The translations under genes were made by a program, and so were the position numbers. From positions 21,452,001-21,516,000 of the forward strand of contig CM069148.1 in the NCBI GenBank assembly GCA_035221665.1: a DNA stretch of 64,000 bases, written 5' to 3'. This stretch comes from Okamejei kenojei (taxonomy: Eukaryota). How positions within the stretch are numbered: the first letter of the stretch is position 1; every line of letters starts with the position of its first letter. Below the pieces are notes generated by a model. The model was not told the origin of the DNA and searched no databases. It saw only the letters and a list, made by a program, of their open reading frames with translations. This document shows, piece after piece, positions 13,549-27,824 of the stretch.

Positions 13549-14269
13549 AAAGTCATAGAGTCACACAGCAGGAAAACAGGCCCTTCAGCCCAAACTGCCC
13601 ATGCCAACCAACCTGCTCCATCTACAGTACACTTTGCCTGCTTTTGGCCCATTTATCTCAACTATCTGTACTCTGTCAGTTGCCAATGCCCTATCCATGC
13701 CAATTTGTTATCACTAACCGTGCGCATTCCTTATGTTGTGCAGAAACATTTCAGTAGCACTTTATTGATACATTTTGAGAATCTAAACATATTACATCCA
13801 CTGGTTCTCTTCTGCACACAATTCATATTGACAAACAACTCCAGTGAATTTGTCAAACACAATTTCTCTTTCATAAAACTATGAAGGCTCATTGATCGTC
13901 TTATGATTTTCTACATGTCTACTTTTCTACTGCCTTGATAATGGATTCCCAACACTTTGTCAATGACAGATGATAGTAAACTATAAACTAACTGACTTTC
14001 CTGCTCTCTGCTACCCTTCTTCCCTGAATAGTGCATCACATTTGCAATTTCCTAATCCGCTGGCACCTCTCCAGAATGCAAGGTATTTTGTTTTATCTTT
14101 CTCTGCAACCACATCCTTTAGGTCTCCAGTATACAAACCATCTAGTAGTCCAGGACACCTCCGTTAGCCCCATTAGCTTGACTTTTCTCTCTAGATGCAG
14201 AGATTGTTTGTTCATCTTTCCCGAAAGCCCAAGAGAGACACAAAATGCTGGAGTAAATCAGCGGAGTAA

Positions 14270-15032
14270 AGGGCCTGTCCCACTAACGTGACTTTTCAGC
14301 GACCGTCTTCGACCTTCAAGCTCGAGGGCACTCGCCTGAAAAACCTCGAGCTGGACCGACCGTCAGCGACGAAACCGTCAGCCGGATCGGTCGTCTGCAC
14401 ACACACACAAACACATAGCAAAGGCGGGGGCCAGGGAAAGCGGGGGAGTGCTGTCTGAAATTCACACCCGCGATGAACAGGAAGGTAAAAGACGGCTGGC
14501 ACAGTTACGGTAAGTCCTTTAGAGAGCGCAGAGAGGAGGGGGTGGAGAGAAGGGGAGAGAGGGGTAGAGAATGGGGGAGAAGGGGGGAGAAGGGGGGAGA
14601 AGGGTGAAGGAGGGGGAGAAGGAGTGGAGACACTTTTAAGAAGCCACACAACTTTTAATAAAGTTTAGTAGGCAGTTAACATTACCAGTCGGTTTACTTA
14701 CCTTTTTTTTCTCAACGAGCTATTACCTTCAATTACCTTTGATTGCCTTCGATTACCTACGATAGCATTACAACCTACCTCGACTAAACCTGCGAGTAAA
14801 AAAATATTTATTTTTTCCATGGTGACCTTTTTTTACTTGTGGGCATTTTTCAGCTTGCTGAAAAAAACGCCGCTACCTAACTGAGGCCTCGAGTACGCGG
14901 GGACTACTCTCGAGCATGAAGGAGAGTTACAAAGACCTCCTAGGACCTCATGTCGACCTCATGCTGCAAGGATGAGTCAAGGGCAAATTCTTCTAAACTC
15001 ATGAATTAGGTCCCCGCAGTGGGACAGGCCCT
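14270..15032. mobile_element. Non-autonomous PIF/Harbinger DNA transposon
   Basis: Perfect 15-bp TIR AGGGCCTGTCCCACT (14270-14284 and 15018-15032) with a TAA TSD on both sides. It is inserted inside a Penelope-derived repeat. Confidence 0.88.
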
Positions 15033-16137
15033 TAAACTGGAGAGAAAGAATGAGTGACGTTTTGGGTCGAGACCCTTCTCCAGACTCAAGCCCACTGATT
15101 ATCTATAGATATTGGGATGATGTTGGTGTTCTATCATGAAGACTAATCCAAAATAATTATTCAGAACCTCTGCAAATTCTCAATTTTCCTTTATTAATTC
15201 CCATTCTCATCTTCTAAGGGACCAACATTTATCAAAATCCTGCAAAAAGATGGCACAAATCTTGCTGAGAGAATTTTTATTAAAAATATTTTTATTGCCT
15301 AGTTTTGTCATTTTTGTTTCCAATAAGAGATAAAATCAAGTAAATTGTTAAAAAAATAAATTTCTAATGTTTTAACTGGAAAAAATCAAAGCAAATTATG
15401 AATCTGAATATAGCTGATGTTTCCAAAATTAATTGATTTTTAATGTGGAAACCGAGATGCGAAATCATAAGTCATCATAAAACACAACAGTTAAAATCTG
15501 CAATAGGAACACATATCCAACTTCTGCAAATGCGTTCTCTGGGGAATCGTGAATGAACTAGTACAAACTGTTTACACAAGGCAATCTCCATGATTTATGC
15601 AAAACTTGGGGGTTTTGAAGCAGGAAATCTTATCTATTGTTCTGACTTCTACCATTGATAAGTTGGTATACATACAAACTGCTGCAGTAATTTTAAAACT
15701 TGTCTGAAAAAGTTGTAGGTTATACCTTCGTTTAATTATACAATTTATTTGTTGATGTGATAACTGACATCCGGAATTGAAGATGATCCCCTGGAGAACA
15801 TATGTGTTATCAAGTAAGTGATCAAGTTATTTCTTTGCACTGTGACTATATTATACAAATAATTGTGTGGGAATACAAACTGAGCTAAATCAGAATGTTT
15901 GCCAATCTTTCATTGCAGTTTGTTTTTTCACAAGAGCAATCTTCCACAAAAGAAATAAAGAACTGCAATTATATTGTGCTTTTCATACTCTACAATGCCC
16001 TAAAATGTGACTCCGTTGGTGGAGATTTCACATGCAGCAATTGAGATGCAGTAACCTGCAAGGTGGAAAAATATTGACACAAGGAAACTGGAAGAATTCA
16101 TCATTCCTATGCAGAAAGTGCCACGATAAACTAATAA

Positions 16138-17939
16138 AGGCAAAGTCAAATGTGGGTCCCTTGAAGGCAGACATGGGTGAAATTATTATGGGCAACAAGG
16201 AATTGGCAGAAGAGTCGAATAGGTACTTCGGACCTGTCTTCACTAAGGAAGACACAAACATTCTCCGAGATGTACTGGAGGACAGAGGACCTAAGGGGGT
16301 AGAGGAACTGAAAGAAATTTTAATTAGGCGAGAAATAGTATTGGGTATGCTAATGGGACTGAAGGATGATAAATCCCCTGGGCCTGGTCTGCATCCCAGG
16401 GTATTCAGGGAGGTGGCTCTAGAAATAGTGGACGCATTAGTGATCATTTTCCAATGTTCAATAGATTCAGGATCAGTTCCTGTGGATTGGAGGATAGCTA
16501 ATGTTATCCCACTTTTCGAGAAAGGAGCGAGGGAGAAAACAGGGAATTACAGACCAGTTAGCCTGACTTCGGTGGTGGGAAAGATGCTGGAGTCAATTAT
16601 TAAAGAGGTAATAATAGGGCATTTGGATAGCAGTAAAAGGATTAGTCCGTCAACATGGATTTATGAAAGGGAAATCATGCTTGACTAATCTTCTGGAATT
16701 TTTTGAGAATGTGACAAGTAAAATGGATGAAGGGGTGCCAGTGGATGTAGTGTATCTAGACTTTCTGAAAGCCTTTGATAAGGTCCCGCACGGGAGACTG
16801 GTGACTAAAATTAGAGCACATGGTATTGGGGGTAGGGTGTTGACATGGATAGAAAATTGGTTGGCAGACCAGAAGCAAAGAGTAGGAGTGAACGGGTCCT
16901 TTTCAGAATGGCAGGCAGTGGCGAGTGGAGTGCCGCAAGGCTCGGTGCTGGGGCCGTAACTGTTTACCATATATATTAATCATTTGGAAGAGGGAATTAG
17001 GAGCAACACTAGCATGTTTGCGGATGACACAAAGCTGGGTGGCAGTGTGAACTGTGAAGAGGACGTTAGGAGGTTGCAGGGTAACCTGGACAGGTTGAGT
17101 GAGTGGGAAGATGCGTGGCAGATGCAGTATAATATAGATAAATGTGAGGTTATCCACTTTGGTGGCAAAAACAAGGGGGCAGATTATTATCTCAACGGGG
17201 TTAGGTTAGGTAAGGCGGAGGTACACCGGTCACTGAAAGTTGGCTTACAGGTACAGCAGGCAGTGAAGAAAGCTAATGGAATGTTGGCCTTCATAACAAG
17301 AGGATTTCAGTATAGAAGTAAAGAGGTTCTTCTGCAGTTGTATAGGGCTCTGGTGAGACTACATCTGGAGTATTGTGTACAGTTTTGGTCTCCTAATTTG
17401 AGGAAGGACACCCTTGTGATTGACGCAGTGCAGCGTAGGTTCACGAGATTGATCCCTGGGATGGCGGGACTGTCATATGGGGAAATATTGAAACGACTAG
17501 GTTTGTATTCACTGGAGTTTAGAAGGATGAGGGGGAATCTTATAGAAACATATAAAATTATAAAAGGACTGGACAAGCTAGATGCAGGAAAAATGTTCCC
17601 AATGTTGGGCGAGTCCAGAACTGGGGGCCACAGTCTTAGAATAAAGGGGAGGTCATTTAAGACTGAGTGAGAAAAAACATTTTCACCCAGAGAGTTGTGA
17701 ATTTATGGAATTCCCTGCCACAGAGGGCAGTGGAGGCCAAGTCACTGGATGGATTTACGAGATAGTTAGATAGTGCTCTAGGGGCTAATGGGGTCAAGGG
17801 ATATGGCGAGAAGGCAGGCACGGGTTATTGATAGGGGACGATCAGCCATGATAACAAAGAATGGCGGTGCTGGTTCAAAGGGCCGAATGGCCTTCTCCTG
17901 CACCTATTTTCTACGTTTCTATGTTTCTATGTTTCTATG
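16138..17939 (+). mobile_element. 5'-truncated CR1 LINE
   Basis: RT is spread across ORFs 16032..16688, 16663..16959 and 16984..17670, with a (TTTCTATG)n tail. Confidence 0.92.
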
Positions 17940-17974
17940 ATAACCTTCAGGTCCATGGAGTCAGTCATATGGCT

Positions 17975-18022
17975 AACAAGTTGTCCTACAACTTTAGGCC
18001 GTGCACGCCATACGCAAGAAGA
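17975..18022 (+). mobile_element. 48-bp extremely truncated retroposon with (AAG)n tail and 12-bp TSD
   Basis: AGTCATATGGCT occurs at 17963-17974 and 18023-18034, flanking ...CATACGCAAGAAGA. Confidence 0.65.
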
Positions 18023-20067
18023 AGTCATATGGCTCACTGAGTTCACATCAAGCATTCAAGTGCCCATTTAATTTAATCCCAATCAAATCCCTTTTTTAAC
18101 CACCCCCTCATCCCCATCTCCACCAGTTTCCCCGAGATACTAACATGCACCATACACTAGGACAAATTAGCCTTTAGAATGTGTGAAACTTTAGCAAACC
18201 TAAGCAGAGGCTGGACCTTGTTGGTCCTCAACTTCCCACACCCACAATCATTACAATTTAGAACATATCAGTATATTTTTCTGCTCATCAAGGCCTCATA
18301 GTGATTTATACACTCCACCATGCTTTGCTGTGTTTTTACCACTCCTACGCACAGGATAACAATCTCATTTGCCAGATTCCATGAATAGCAACGGGTAAAC
18401 ATTTTTAATTGTGATGGGCAAAGGACAAATGATCTCAGGACAACTTGTTCGCCATCAGATACTGGCATGAAATCTTTAAGATCAACCTGAAAGGGCATAA
18501 AAAACTTTGGTTAAATGTCTCCCCCAAGAAGCACCCTCACATATGGACCTTCCAACTCAAAAGCAATTAGTGAACCAATATTACACTTGTGAAAATACTG
18601 CAACTGTAAGCTCATTTTCCAGCAACTAGCCGTCCGCACCCCCACCGCTCCCCCCCCCCCCCCCACTCTCTAATCCGGACAAATTGCCCCCCTGAAAATG
18701 TGGCGCCTAGGTCGGGTGAGGCGGCTGATCTCAACCTCATCGGAACTACCCCCTGCAACCGGGCTCAGGAACCCCAGCCCGGCCAGAATCGGCAGATCTG
18801 TTCTCATGACAAACTCTTCGATACCCAGCTTTGCGGCCCGGTATCTGCTGCCCCATCCCCCCATCCCTCACATGACCTCTGTTGGTCTGGCAACACGGAC
18901 AATCCAGAAAGACTCTGGAACCATCATCTTGTCAATGTCATCCTAAAGTGTTCACTTTCTTCAAAATATTTGTGCTGCCAAGTTTTGTACCTCCTGCTAA
19001 CGCCAGAATTAATCAATTTAAAACCATAATGCAAAATATAATACATACAAAATTGACTATTAGGCAAGACTATTGCAAATAATCTCCCATGCTGAAAACA
19101 TCCATCCAACTTCCAACTTTGTTTCCCATAACTGAGCTCATTCTGAATCCACAAAGCTTTTTTTATTATTTATTCCATAATAACCAAGCTCTGTGGTACT
19201 GCAACAACCAATGATTCAAATGATCAACGTGATAAAATCTCTGGCAAAGTGCTCAGTGAGAGATGAATTACAGGAAGCATAGTGGTTTGAACTGATGAAT
19301 CCATGAGCATCTGTCAACTTCTTTTCTTGGAAAAACACATACAGTGACAACCACAAATAAATTTGATGTTTGGCGACATACAATATGCAGAATGTGAGGT
19401 GATCAAAGAAAGTCAGTGTGTGCTCTTTTCAGTCATATCATTACAGAATAGTAAACATTCCATTCCACAACCTAATTTTGAAAATGATTAATTCATCAAA
19501 TATTGTGCAGTACAAACCAGATTTAGAACGTTGTGTTTCTTCCATTTTTTTGTAGGCACATTTGAGATCATTCACAAAAGCAAGGTCAGTATGATCAATA
19601 CTGGAGGAGTATATAGTTCTGAAGATACCTTAAGCAAACACAGACTGGATTAGGAACTCTATTTTATGAGGATAGTATACCAGCCACCAAACCGTACCAA
19701 TATTGCTTAGGCAAGAAACAAGGTGTGTTCATTTTCAGATGAACTGGAGAAGCAATACTTGAATCGTTGCAATACATCTTAAAGAAAAAAGGTAAGCAAT
19801 TTAATGTATCTTTACTTTTTTAAATCTTTGAATCTTAAGTGGAAAACTTTTAGACAACTGTCCGTGGAAGCCCACTGCCCTACTTTCTCTTTCTGCAATT
19901 CATTGTTCCACATTCTTCTAAATGTTTTGATCAACTTCTCTGTAAACCATAAAATATCCAGTCACAGATGCTTCTCATGCTAAAAAAATGCCTGTTCCAG
20001 CAACCTTTTCCATGAAACAACTCCCTCCAACTTTATGTGTAAGAAGGAACTGAAGATAGACACAAAA

Positions 20068-21518
20068 AGAGTCAAGAGTGTTTTATTGTCATATGTCCCA
20101 GATAGAACAATGGAATTCTTACTTGCTGCAGCACAACAGAATAAGTAAACATTGTACACTGTAAACAATATGATAAACAAGAGAAGAAAAAAAATCAGTG
20201 TGCATACTCACAAGTACGCACACAAATATATATATATATTGATACAAATACATCTATATATACACACATACACACACAATAAAGGATACTTTGACATACT
20301 CAAAAAACAAATAATAGTAGTGCAATAATAATAATAATAATAGTCTATTGTAGTTCAGAGCTTATTTGAGGTTGTAGTGTAATAGCTTAATGCCTGTAGG
20401 TAAGAAGCTGTTCCTCAACCTGGATGTTACAGTTTTCAGGCTTATGTACCCTCTTCCCGATGGCAGGGGTGAAATGAGTGTGTGGCCAGGATGGTGTGGA
20501 TCTCCGATGATGCTGGCTGCCCTTTTGAAGCAGCGACTCCGATAAATGCTTGGATGGTGGGGGGGGTCAGATCCGGTGATGGACTGGGCAGTGTTCACAA
20601 CTTTTTGCAGTCTTTTCCACTCTTGGGCATTCAAATTGCCAAACCAGGCCATGATGCAACTAATCAATATGGTCTCTACTGTACACCTGTAGAAGTTCAA
20701 GAGAATCCTCTCTGACATATCAAATCTCTGTAATCTTCTCAGGAAGTAGAGGCATTGATGTGCTTTATTTATAATTGCATCAGTGTGCTGGGTCCAGGAA
20801 AGATCTTTGGAAATATGCACGTGCAGGAATTTGAAGTTTTTGACTCCCTCCACTATTGATATGAACAGGATTGTGGGGCCATTTAGAATGGAGATGACGA
20901 AACACTTTTACACACAGAGAGTTGTGAGTCTGTGGAATTCTCTGCCTCAGAGGGCGGTGGAGGCCGGTTCTCTGGATACTTTCAAGAGAGAGCTAGATAG
21001 GGCTCTCAAAGATAGCGGAGTCAGGAGATATGGGGAGAAGGCAGGAACGGGGTACTGATTGTGGATAATCAGCCATGATCACATTTAATGGCGGTGCTGG
21101 CTTGAAGGGCCGAATGGCCTACTCCTGCACCTATTGTCTATTGTCAATTGTTTATTGTCATCCTTCCTCTTCCAAAGTCCACAATCAGTTCATTGGTTTT
21201 ACTGATATTGAGAGCCAAGTGTTATGCTGGCACCATTTGGTCAATCGGTCGATCTCACTTCTATACTCTGATAACAACAGTGGTGTCATCGGCGAACTTG
21301 AAGATGGAGATCGCACTGTGTCCGGCTATACAGTCATAGGTATAGAGTGAGTAGAGCAGGGAGCTGAACACGCAGCCTTGAGGTGCTCCCGTAATGATTG
21401 TTAATGATGAAGACGTATTTCTGCCAATTCAAACAGACTGTGGTCTGTGGATGAGGAAGTCGAGGATCCAATTGCAGAGCGATGCGCAGAAACCCAGTTC
21501 CGTGAGCTTGATAAACAG
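20068..21518 (-). mobile_element. Rex1/Babar-type LINE 3' portion, interrupted by a + strand CR1 3' end (about 20876-21156)
   Basis: ORF 20362..20853 reads FKFL...LSW...QCLYFLRRL. FKFADD lies near 21290. The nested piece has a CR1 3' end with a (CTATTGT)n tail. Confidence 0.8.
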
Positions 21519-21519
21519 C

Positions 21520-21892
21520 TTTTTTTTAATCAAAAATATTTATTCAAATATTAAAATAATATATACAGTACAGTAAAAAACAAAACAGAACCCACCACCA
21601 TAATACATGACAAACGATAAACTATTATACAACTATCTTACACTCCTTGTCAAGGATGCATTCAACCCCCCACGGTGCCCAGCGGTCCCGAAAATCCCCC
21701 AGGGCGCCCGTGGACAGCGCGTAGTCCCTCTCTATCACCACCCAGGCACGGACGTAACCCCGGAAAAGGGGTAGGCAGCCGGCTTGGGCAGAGCCCTCTT
21801 CTGCCTGGCGCCGTGACTCGCAGATGGCCAGCTTGGCCAGGCCCAGGAGCAACCCACCCAGAACATCCTCGGCCCTACCCTCTCGCCCAGGG
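21520..21892 (-). mobile_element. L1/Tx1-type LINE 3' end with poly(A)
   Basis: The C-terminal ORF reads LLGLAKLAI...LFRGYVRA...FRDRW, with a T-tract at 21520-21527. Confidence 0.65.
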
Positions 21893-22762
21893 AGTTGTGG
21901 AGGGAACGGTCTCTGCAGAACGCGGAAAGGGGTGGAGATTGGAAGATGTGGCTGTGGTGGGATCCTGTGGAGCTGGCGGAAATTGCAGAGGATTGATTAT
22001 GTGTTGTATGTGACAGCTGATGGGGTGGAACCTGGTTAACCTTCCCACCCAAACCACTTCCTCCCCAGGTACCTTCCCCTGCAACAGCAGAAGATGCAAC
22101 ACCTGTCACTATACCTCCTCCCTCGAATCTGTCCAGGGACCCCTACAGTCCTTTCAGGTTCGGCAGAGGTTCAGTTGCACCTCCTCCAACCTCATCTACA
22201 GTATCTGTTATTCAAGATGTGGACTCTTATACATCAGCGAGACCAAACACAGCCTGGGTGATCATTTTGCGGAACACCTTCACTCAGCCTGCCTGAACCA
22301 ATCTGATCTCCCAGTTGCTGAACACTTTAATTCCCCTTCCCATGCCTACACAGACCTTTCTATCCTCGGTCTCCTCCGTTGTCAGAGTAGGGTTAAACGC
22401 AAATTGGAGGAACAGAATCTCATATTCTGCTTTGGGAGCTTACAGCCCAGTGGTATGAATATTGATTTCTCTCACTTCAGGTAGCCCCGGCATTCCCTCT
22501 TTTTTTCCCTCCCCCACCCAAGTCACACTAGCTTCTAATTTTCTCCCTACTAACAGCTTACAATGGCCTGTTTCCATTATCATCGTTACTTTTTTGCATA
22601 TATTTCATTAGTTGTTCTTTATCGCTCCACATTACCGTCTATATCTCTCGTTTACCTTATCCCTAACCAGTCTGAAAAAGGGACTCAACACGAAACGTCA
22701 CCCATTCCTTCTCTCCAGAGATGCTGCCTGTCCCGCGGAGTTACTCCAGCTTTTTGTGTCTA
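21893..22762 (+). mobile_element. Penelope-like element fragment (GIY-YIG endonuclease plus pLTR)
   Basis: ORF 22020..22484 has CNSRRCNTC, NLIYSI...LYISET and EH...HF motifs. It is followed by the pLTR repeat. Confidence 0.8.
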
Positions 22763-23209
22763 TATTCCCTCCAACTTTATCCTCAGTGTCTCCAAACAAT
22801 TTAAAATTAATTACTCCCCTTACTGACTTGTCAGTCTGTGGGCCTACAGCCCAACTGTGCTTTGTAAAAACACAATAGGATTAATACATCTGACAGCACA
22901 CCCAGGATGTAACATCACTGCCCTCTTAGCACAAGCCTAATCTATGGTTGAATCCTATAGCTGAAAATCCAATACTAAACATTTGATTAGAGCGTTAAAG
23001 AAAAATCAATATTACTTCAACGCCTTTGGACTGCCCCAGATAATCCATTGAATCTCATAAAATCTCCAGTGATGAGGAGCCCTTCTGCTGGCTTCTGCAA
23101 ACATCTCTCCTCTATGTGGAAATGATCACAGTGAAAGGAATTTGCACACGTAGTCCTGCCCCCCTCCGCACTGATTATGGTTGTAGCCTCACAGGGTTGT
23201 TGCAGTGGA

Positions 23210-24750
23210 TGACTTCCACTTCCCCAAAATTGACTGGGACTTACTCAGGTCAAGAGGATTAGATGGGGCAGAATTTGTCAGGTGTACTCAAGAAGGTTGA
23301 CTTAAACATTCCGACTCAAGGAGGGTTCATACTGTACCCTAGTATTGGGAAATGAGCCTGGCCAGGTGAGTGGCGTCGCAATGGAAGAAGAATTGGAAGA
23401 TAGTAATCACAACTCCAAGTTTTAAGATTGTTTTGAATAGGGACAAGTCTGGATGTTGGAGAAAATTATTCGAGAAAGGATTTACTCCCCTTTGGAAGAG
23501 AATGGGCTAATTAGAGACAGCCAACATGCTTTGCACATGGCAAGTGGTGTCTCACTAACTTGATTGAGTTTTTTTAGATGACGATGGAGTTTGGTGAAGG
23601 TAGGACGATGCATGTTGTATACATGGATTTTAGCATGGTTTTTGATAATCCCTCATGGTAGGCTAATCCAGAATTAAGATTTGGAGGATTCATGATAACT
23701 TAGTCATATGGATTCAGAAATGACGTATTCATAGAAGACAGAGGGTTGTGGTGGAAGGTATTCTGGCTGGAGGTCTTGACCAGTGGAGTTCCACAGTGCT
23801 GTTTGTCATAAATGACCCAGACTTAAATGTGGACGTGTCGGTGGGTAAGTTTGCTGATGACACCAAAATTGGAGGAGTTGCACACATTTTCTGTCAGAAT
23901 TCTGTCAGAATATTCAGCAGGATATAGATAAGCTGTAGAAATGGGGCGTATAGACGGAGTTTAACTCAAGCAAGTGTGAGGTGTTGTACTTTGGGAGGTT
24001 GAATGTAAGGAGAGAGTAGGCAATTAATGGCAAGTCCTTTAACAACATTGATGCACAGTGGGATCTTGGGAGCAAGTTCATAGTTCACTAAAGGTGGCAC
24101 CACAGGTGGATGGGGTGGTAGAAATAGTGTAAGCTATGCTTGCCATCATTGCTAAGGGCATTGAATATGAGTCAGGAAGTCTTGATACACCTTTACAGAA
24201 TAGGTTAGGATGCACTTGGAGTATAGTGTGCAGTTCTGGTAGCTCCATTACATGAAAGATGTGGATGCTTTGGAGAGGATGCAGAGGTTTACCAGAATGC
24301 TGCCTGGATTAGAGGGTTTCTGGGACACCTTGGATAGACTTGGATTTTTTTCTCTGGAACGTTGGAGGTTGTGGGGAGGCTTAATGGAAGTAAAATTATG
24401 AGAGGGATAGATAGGGGAGACAGTCAGAACCTTTTTCCCCAGGATGGAAATGGCCAACACTAGAGGGCATAGGTATAAGGTGAGAGGGGGAAAGTTTAAT
24501 GGTGTTGTTTTTTTTAAAGTTTTTTTTCCACAGAGTCGTGAGGGCCTGGAATGTTTTGCCAGAGGTGGTTGTGGAGGCAGATATGATATAAGCGTTTAAG
24601 AGGCTTTTAGATAGGCACATGGAAGTGCAGGGAATAGAAGGAAATGGCAGGTAACGTAGAGGCAGTTTACATCAGTTTAACTAGGCATCATATTCGGCAC
24701 AAATATTGTGGGCCAAAGTGCCCGTTCCTGTGCTGTACTGTTCTATGTGG
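23210..24750 (+). mobile_element. Old degraded CR1 LINE
   Basis: Decayed RT (FADDTK near 23850) and a CR1-type 3' end. Confidence 0.75.
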
Positions 24751-24859
24751 CCGGCTTCTCCTCTGTCATGCTAGTTTACTGTTTTTATTAACATACAGGA
24801 TTCTCAGAAAAACATGACAAGATGCAACGTAGGGTGAAGATCTTACAGGTATGCTGCCC

Positions 24860-25665
24860 TATTTTCCATCATTAAACAGGAACCAACAAATCCACCAGGG
24901 AGCACCGCACGATAGCAGCCTCACCAACAGTCTAGTTTGTCTGTCTATTTGTCTTTTTTTTGGTATTTTTAGTGTGGTTTTTAAAATTTGTATTAATGTC
25001 CTCTGGTTTGTTTTATGTGGGGGGTGGGGGAGGGGGTCGGGGGAAACTTTTTTTTCCAATCTTTTACATTGCCGGAGATGCGATTGTTTTCCGGATCGTA
25101 TCTCCGGTCTCTCTGCGGTCTAACATCATGGAGCTGGAGGCCTTGCTTGGGACTCACTTTGAGCCCACCGTGGGGCCATGGACTTACCATCGGAGCCGAT
25201 CCCATCCCTGGGATCGAAGCTCCAACAGCGGCATGCGGATTTCACCATCGAGGAGCTCGCAGTCTCAGGTAGAGACGGATGTCGGGAAGCTCCATACGAC
25301 GCAGAAGGTTCGACCAGCCCCGACCCAGGGTCAGATCACCCGGCGTGGGGGTGCTGACATCCCCCCTGATGCGGGAGCTTGATTGCCCCGAACGCGGAGG
25401 GCCCGAACACTGTCGGCTACTCAGGCAAGATCGTCCCGTCAATGGAAGGCTCGAGGCCCCTGACCGCGGAAAAACAAAGAAGGGAAGAGATTGAACTTTT
25501 TTTCACAGTAGGAATGTGGAGGAGTCACTGTGGTGGATGTTTATGTTAAAATGTGTTGTGTGTATTTTGTGTGTTTTGTTGCTTTTTAATGGGTTGACAA
25601 ATCACATTCCTACAAATCAAATCACATTGCAAAACATACTTGGCTAATAAAGTATGATTAATGAT
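24860..25665 (+). repeat. Unclassified interspersed retro-like repeat
   Basis: CpG-rich body and GT-rich 3' part ending in AATAAA plus a short ATGATT repeat tail. Confidence 0.4.
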
Positions 25666-27634
25666 TATTTTTACCTTTTCCTTATAATAGAATTATAGGA
25701 ATCCAGGAAGAGAGGTGGTAGAGGTGGATGACAGGGTGAATGGTCGATTTCCCTACAGAGGGAATCTAGAGTTAGAGAGTATGGCTCAGAATTCTCAGGA
25801 TAATGGGAAACCTGTTTAGGATTACATTGAGACAGAATTTCAACAGCTTAGTCTTTGCAGTTATTTAGCTCAGAGAACTGTGAACACTGAGTTATTAAGT
25901 ATATTCACAGTTTGAGATGGATGTATTATTAACCACATGGGAAATGAAACAGGAAGGTGGAGTTGTGGCTGACAAGCAGATAAGCCATAATCTTATGGAC
26001 TGGTAGAGGATGAGGGCTCATGCTGCTCATGGCTCATGCAGCCTCCTCCATGGCTATTTATATTTTCTAATTCAAATGCTTAATAATTCTATAAGAATCC
26101 ACATTACATCTCAATGCTCTATTTCATGCAAATACTGATTTAGGGTTGTCGAAAAAGAATTCTCTACTTTAAATATTCCATTATAATTAACCACAGTGCA
26201 GTTATTAACTGATAGACTCACAATACTACAAAAGCTTTGAACAATGGTGGGTTGCAGAACAATGATCCAAACAGTAAAAATGGAGCAATGGCCTCAGTAA
26301 AAGTGTTTTACAAAGTCAATCACACATCATTCCTTCTTCAAACTGTCACCTGTTCCTACCTGAACAAATTAAAACTGGGTGCCCTTATAGGTCTATAATA
26401 CCAACCAAGAGGAAAAGATGTATGCTAAGCATAGTAAAAATGATTACTGTTAATTTTTGTCATTTAAAACATGACCTCAATGTTAAGGATTATGACAGAA
26501 AAATCATCAGTATTTGACATGATTATTTTGCTTTACTGGGAAGAATGTCAGGACTGACACAAATCACGTGGACAAGTGGAAATCCAAAGGTGTCATCAGC
26601 AATTCACTTCTGGACCATTGGCTGTGTTCCATTATGATTTATCATGAAGTTCAATGTAATAAACTGTGTTAAAGACATTCAATATGTTTTTAAAAGATCA
26701 AAGCCCTGCCTAAGGTTGGGGGTGAGACATATAAGCTGGTTTTGTTTAATGAATCACTCAGGCAGAACTTGCTTAGGTCAGCCCAAGTGATGTTTATGAC
26801 ACAGAAAACTCATCAACAATTAGACCTTGAATGTAGACTATCCCCCCAATAATTTCCTCGGGTCAATTCTGGGAGAATCACCCACAATAAATGTGTTACT
26901 TGTAATACTGAAATCAGTAGCATATTAGCAGTGTTTGCTGTAAACATAATTGGAAATATTTTGCAAACATCATTTTAAATTGGCATATTCATCTGTGCCA
27001 CAATCAAGAAACTGGTCCCCAATTTATTCCCAACTGTACAATTTACCTTCCAATTCAAATAATTCTTAATTAAATTACATAATCAGAAATCCCAGCACAA
27101 GTATGCAGCATTTTCTTTCTCCAGAAAATGTATTCCCTGATCTTTTCAGCAGTGGTAACATGGAGCAGAATTCTGCTGAAATCTGCTTTATTACCAAATA
27201 TAGGCATTATTTAATAAGGCATTCCTCTAAAACTAAAATAAGCTTTAAAATAGGTTTTCTCTTGATAGAGACTGATAAACCAGAACAATCCTTGAAGGGG
27301 TCAACACTATTGTTATGGGTGATAGCTAAAGTGGGCTGATCTAAGCTTAAACCAGTATAAACATTTATGGCTGTTATTTAAAGTTCATCAATTGTTCCGT
27401 GCTGATTTAACAAATTCTTCAGATTGTGCTGATGTTATGGGTCCAAACATATAGAACATCAATGCTCATTGTTTAATTCAGAATGAGATTTAACATTAAG
27501 GGAGTTAAAAAGGGAATTTATTTTGCAGAATAAACATGCAGGAGATAACATGTTATTATTTATATAGTTATTATATATAAGATATTAGTTATATAGTAAT
27601 GTACACCTAAACATTTATTATCTTGCATATTGGA

Positions 27635-27824
27635 AACACACCACATCATTGATGCATCTGCTGTGCACCGGCATTTGATCTCATCAAGGAAGTGCTTGGT
27701 ATCATCTGCACCAGCTGTAAACGCTCTCAGAAATATCCTACATTGCCTGCATACTACATATTTACCAAGTGTTCTGCGAGTTCAGCAAGCATTTCCAGTC
27801 TCTTCAACTTCTTGCACTTTACAG
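27635..27824 (+). promoter_or_regulatory. RAG2: Candidate RAG2 promoter and non-coding exon 1
   Basis: Motif cluster: RUNX ACCACA 27640, E-boxes CATCTG 27655 and 27703, CAGCTG 27712, ETS AGGAAGT 27687. A strong donor acag|gtaatt follows 27824. This places the NWC promoter in the RAG2 intron, as in tetrapods. Confidence 0.5.

Noticed and set aside
15725-15790. Possible extra - strand IFTAP exon (ctccag|...gaag|gtataa)
   Set aside because: The splice signals are plausible, but there is no IFTAP similarity and no phase-consistent frame.
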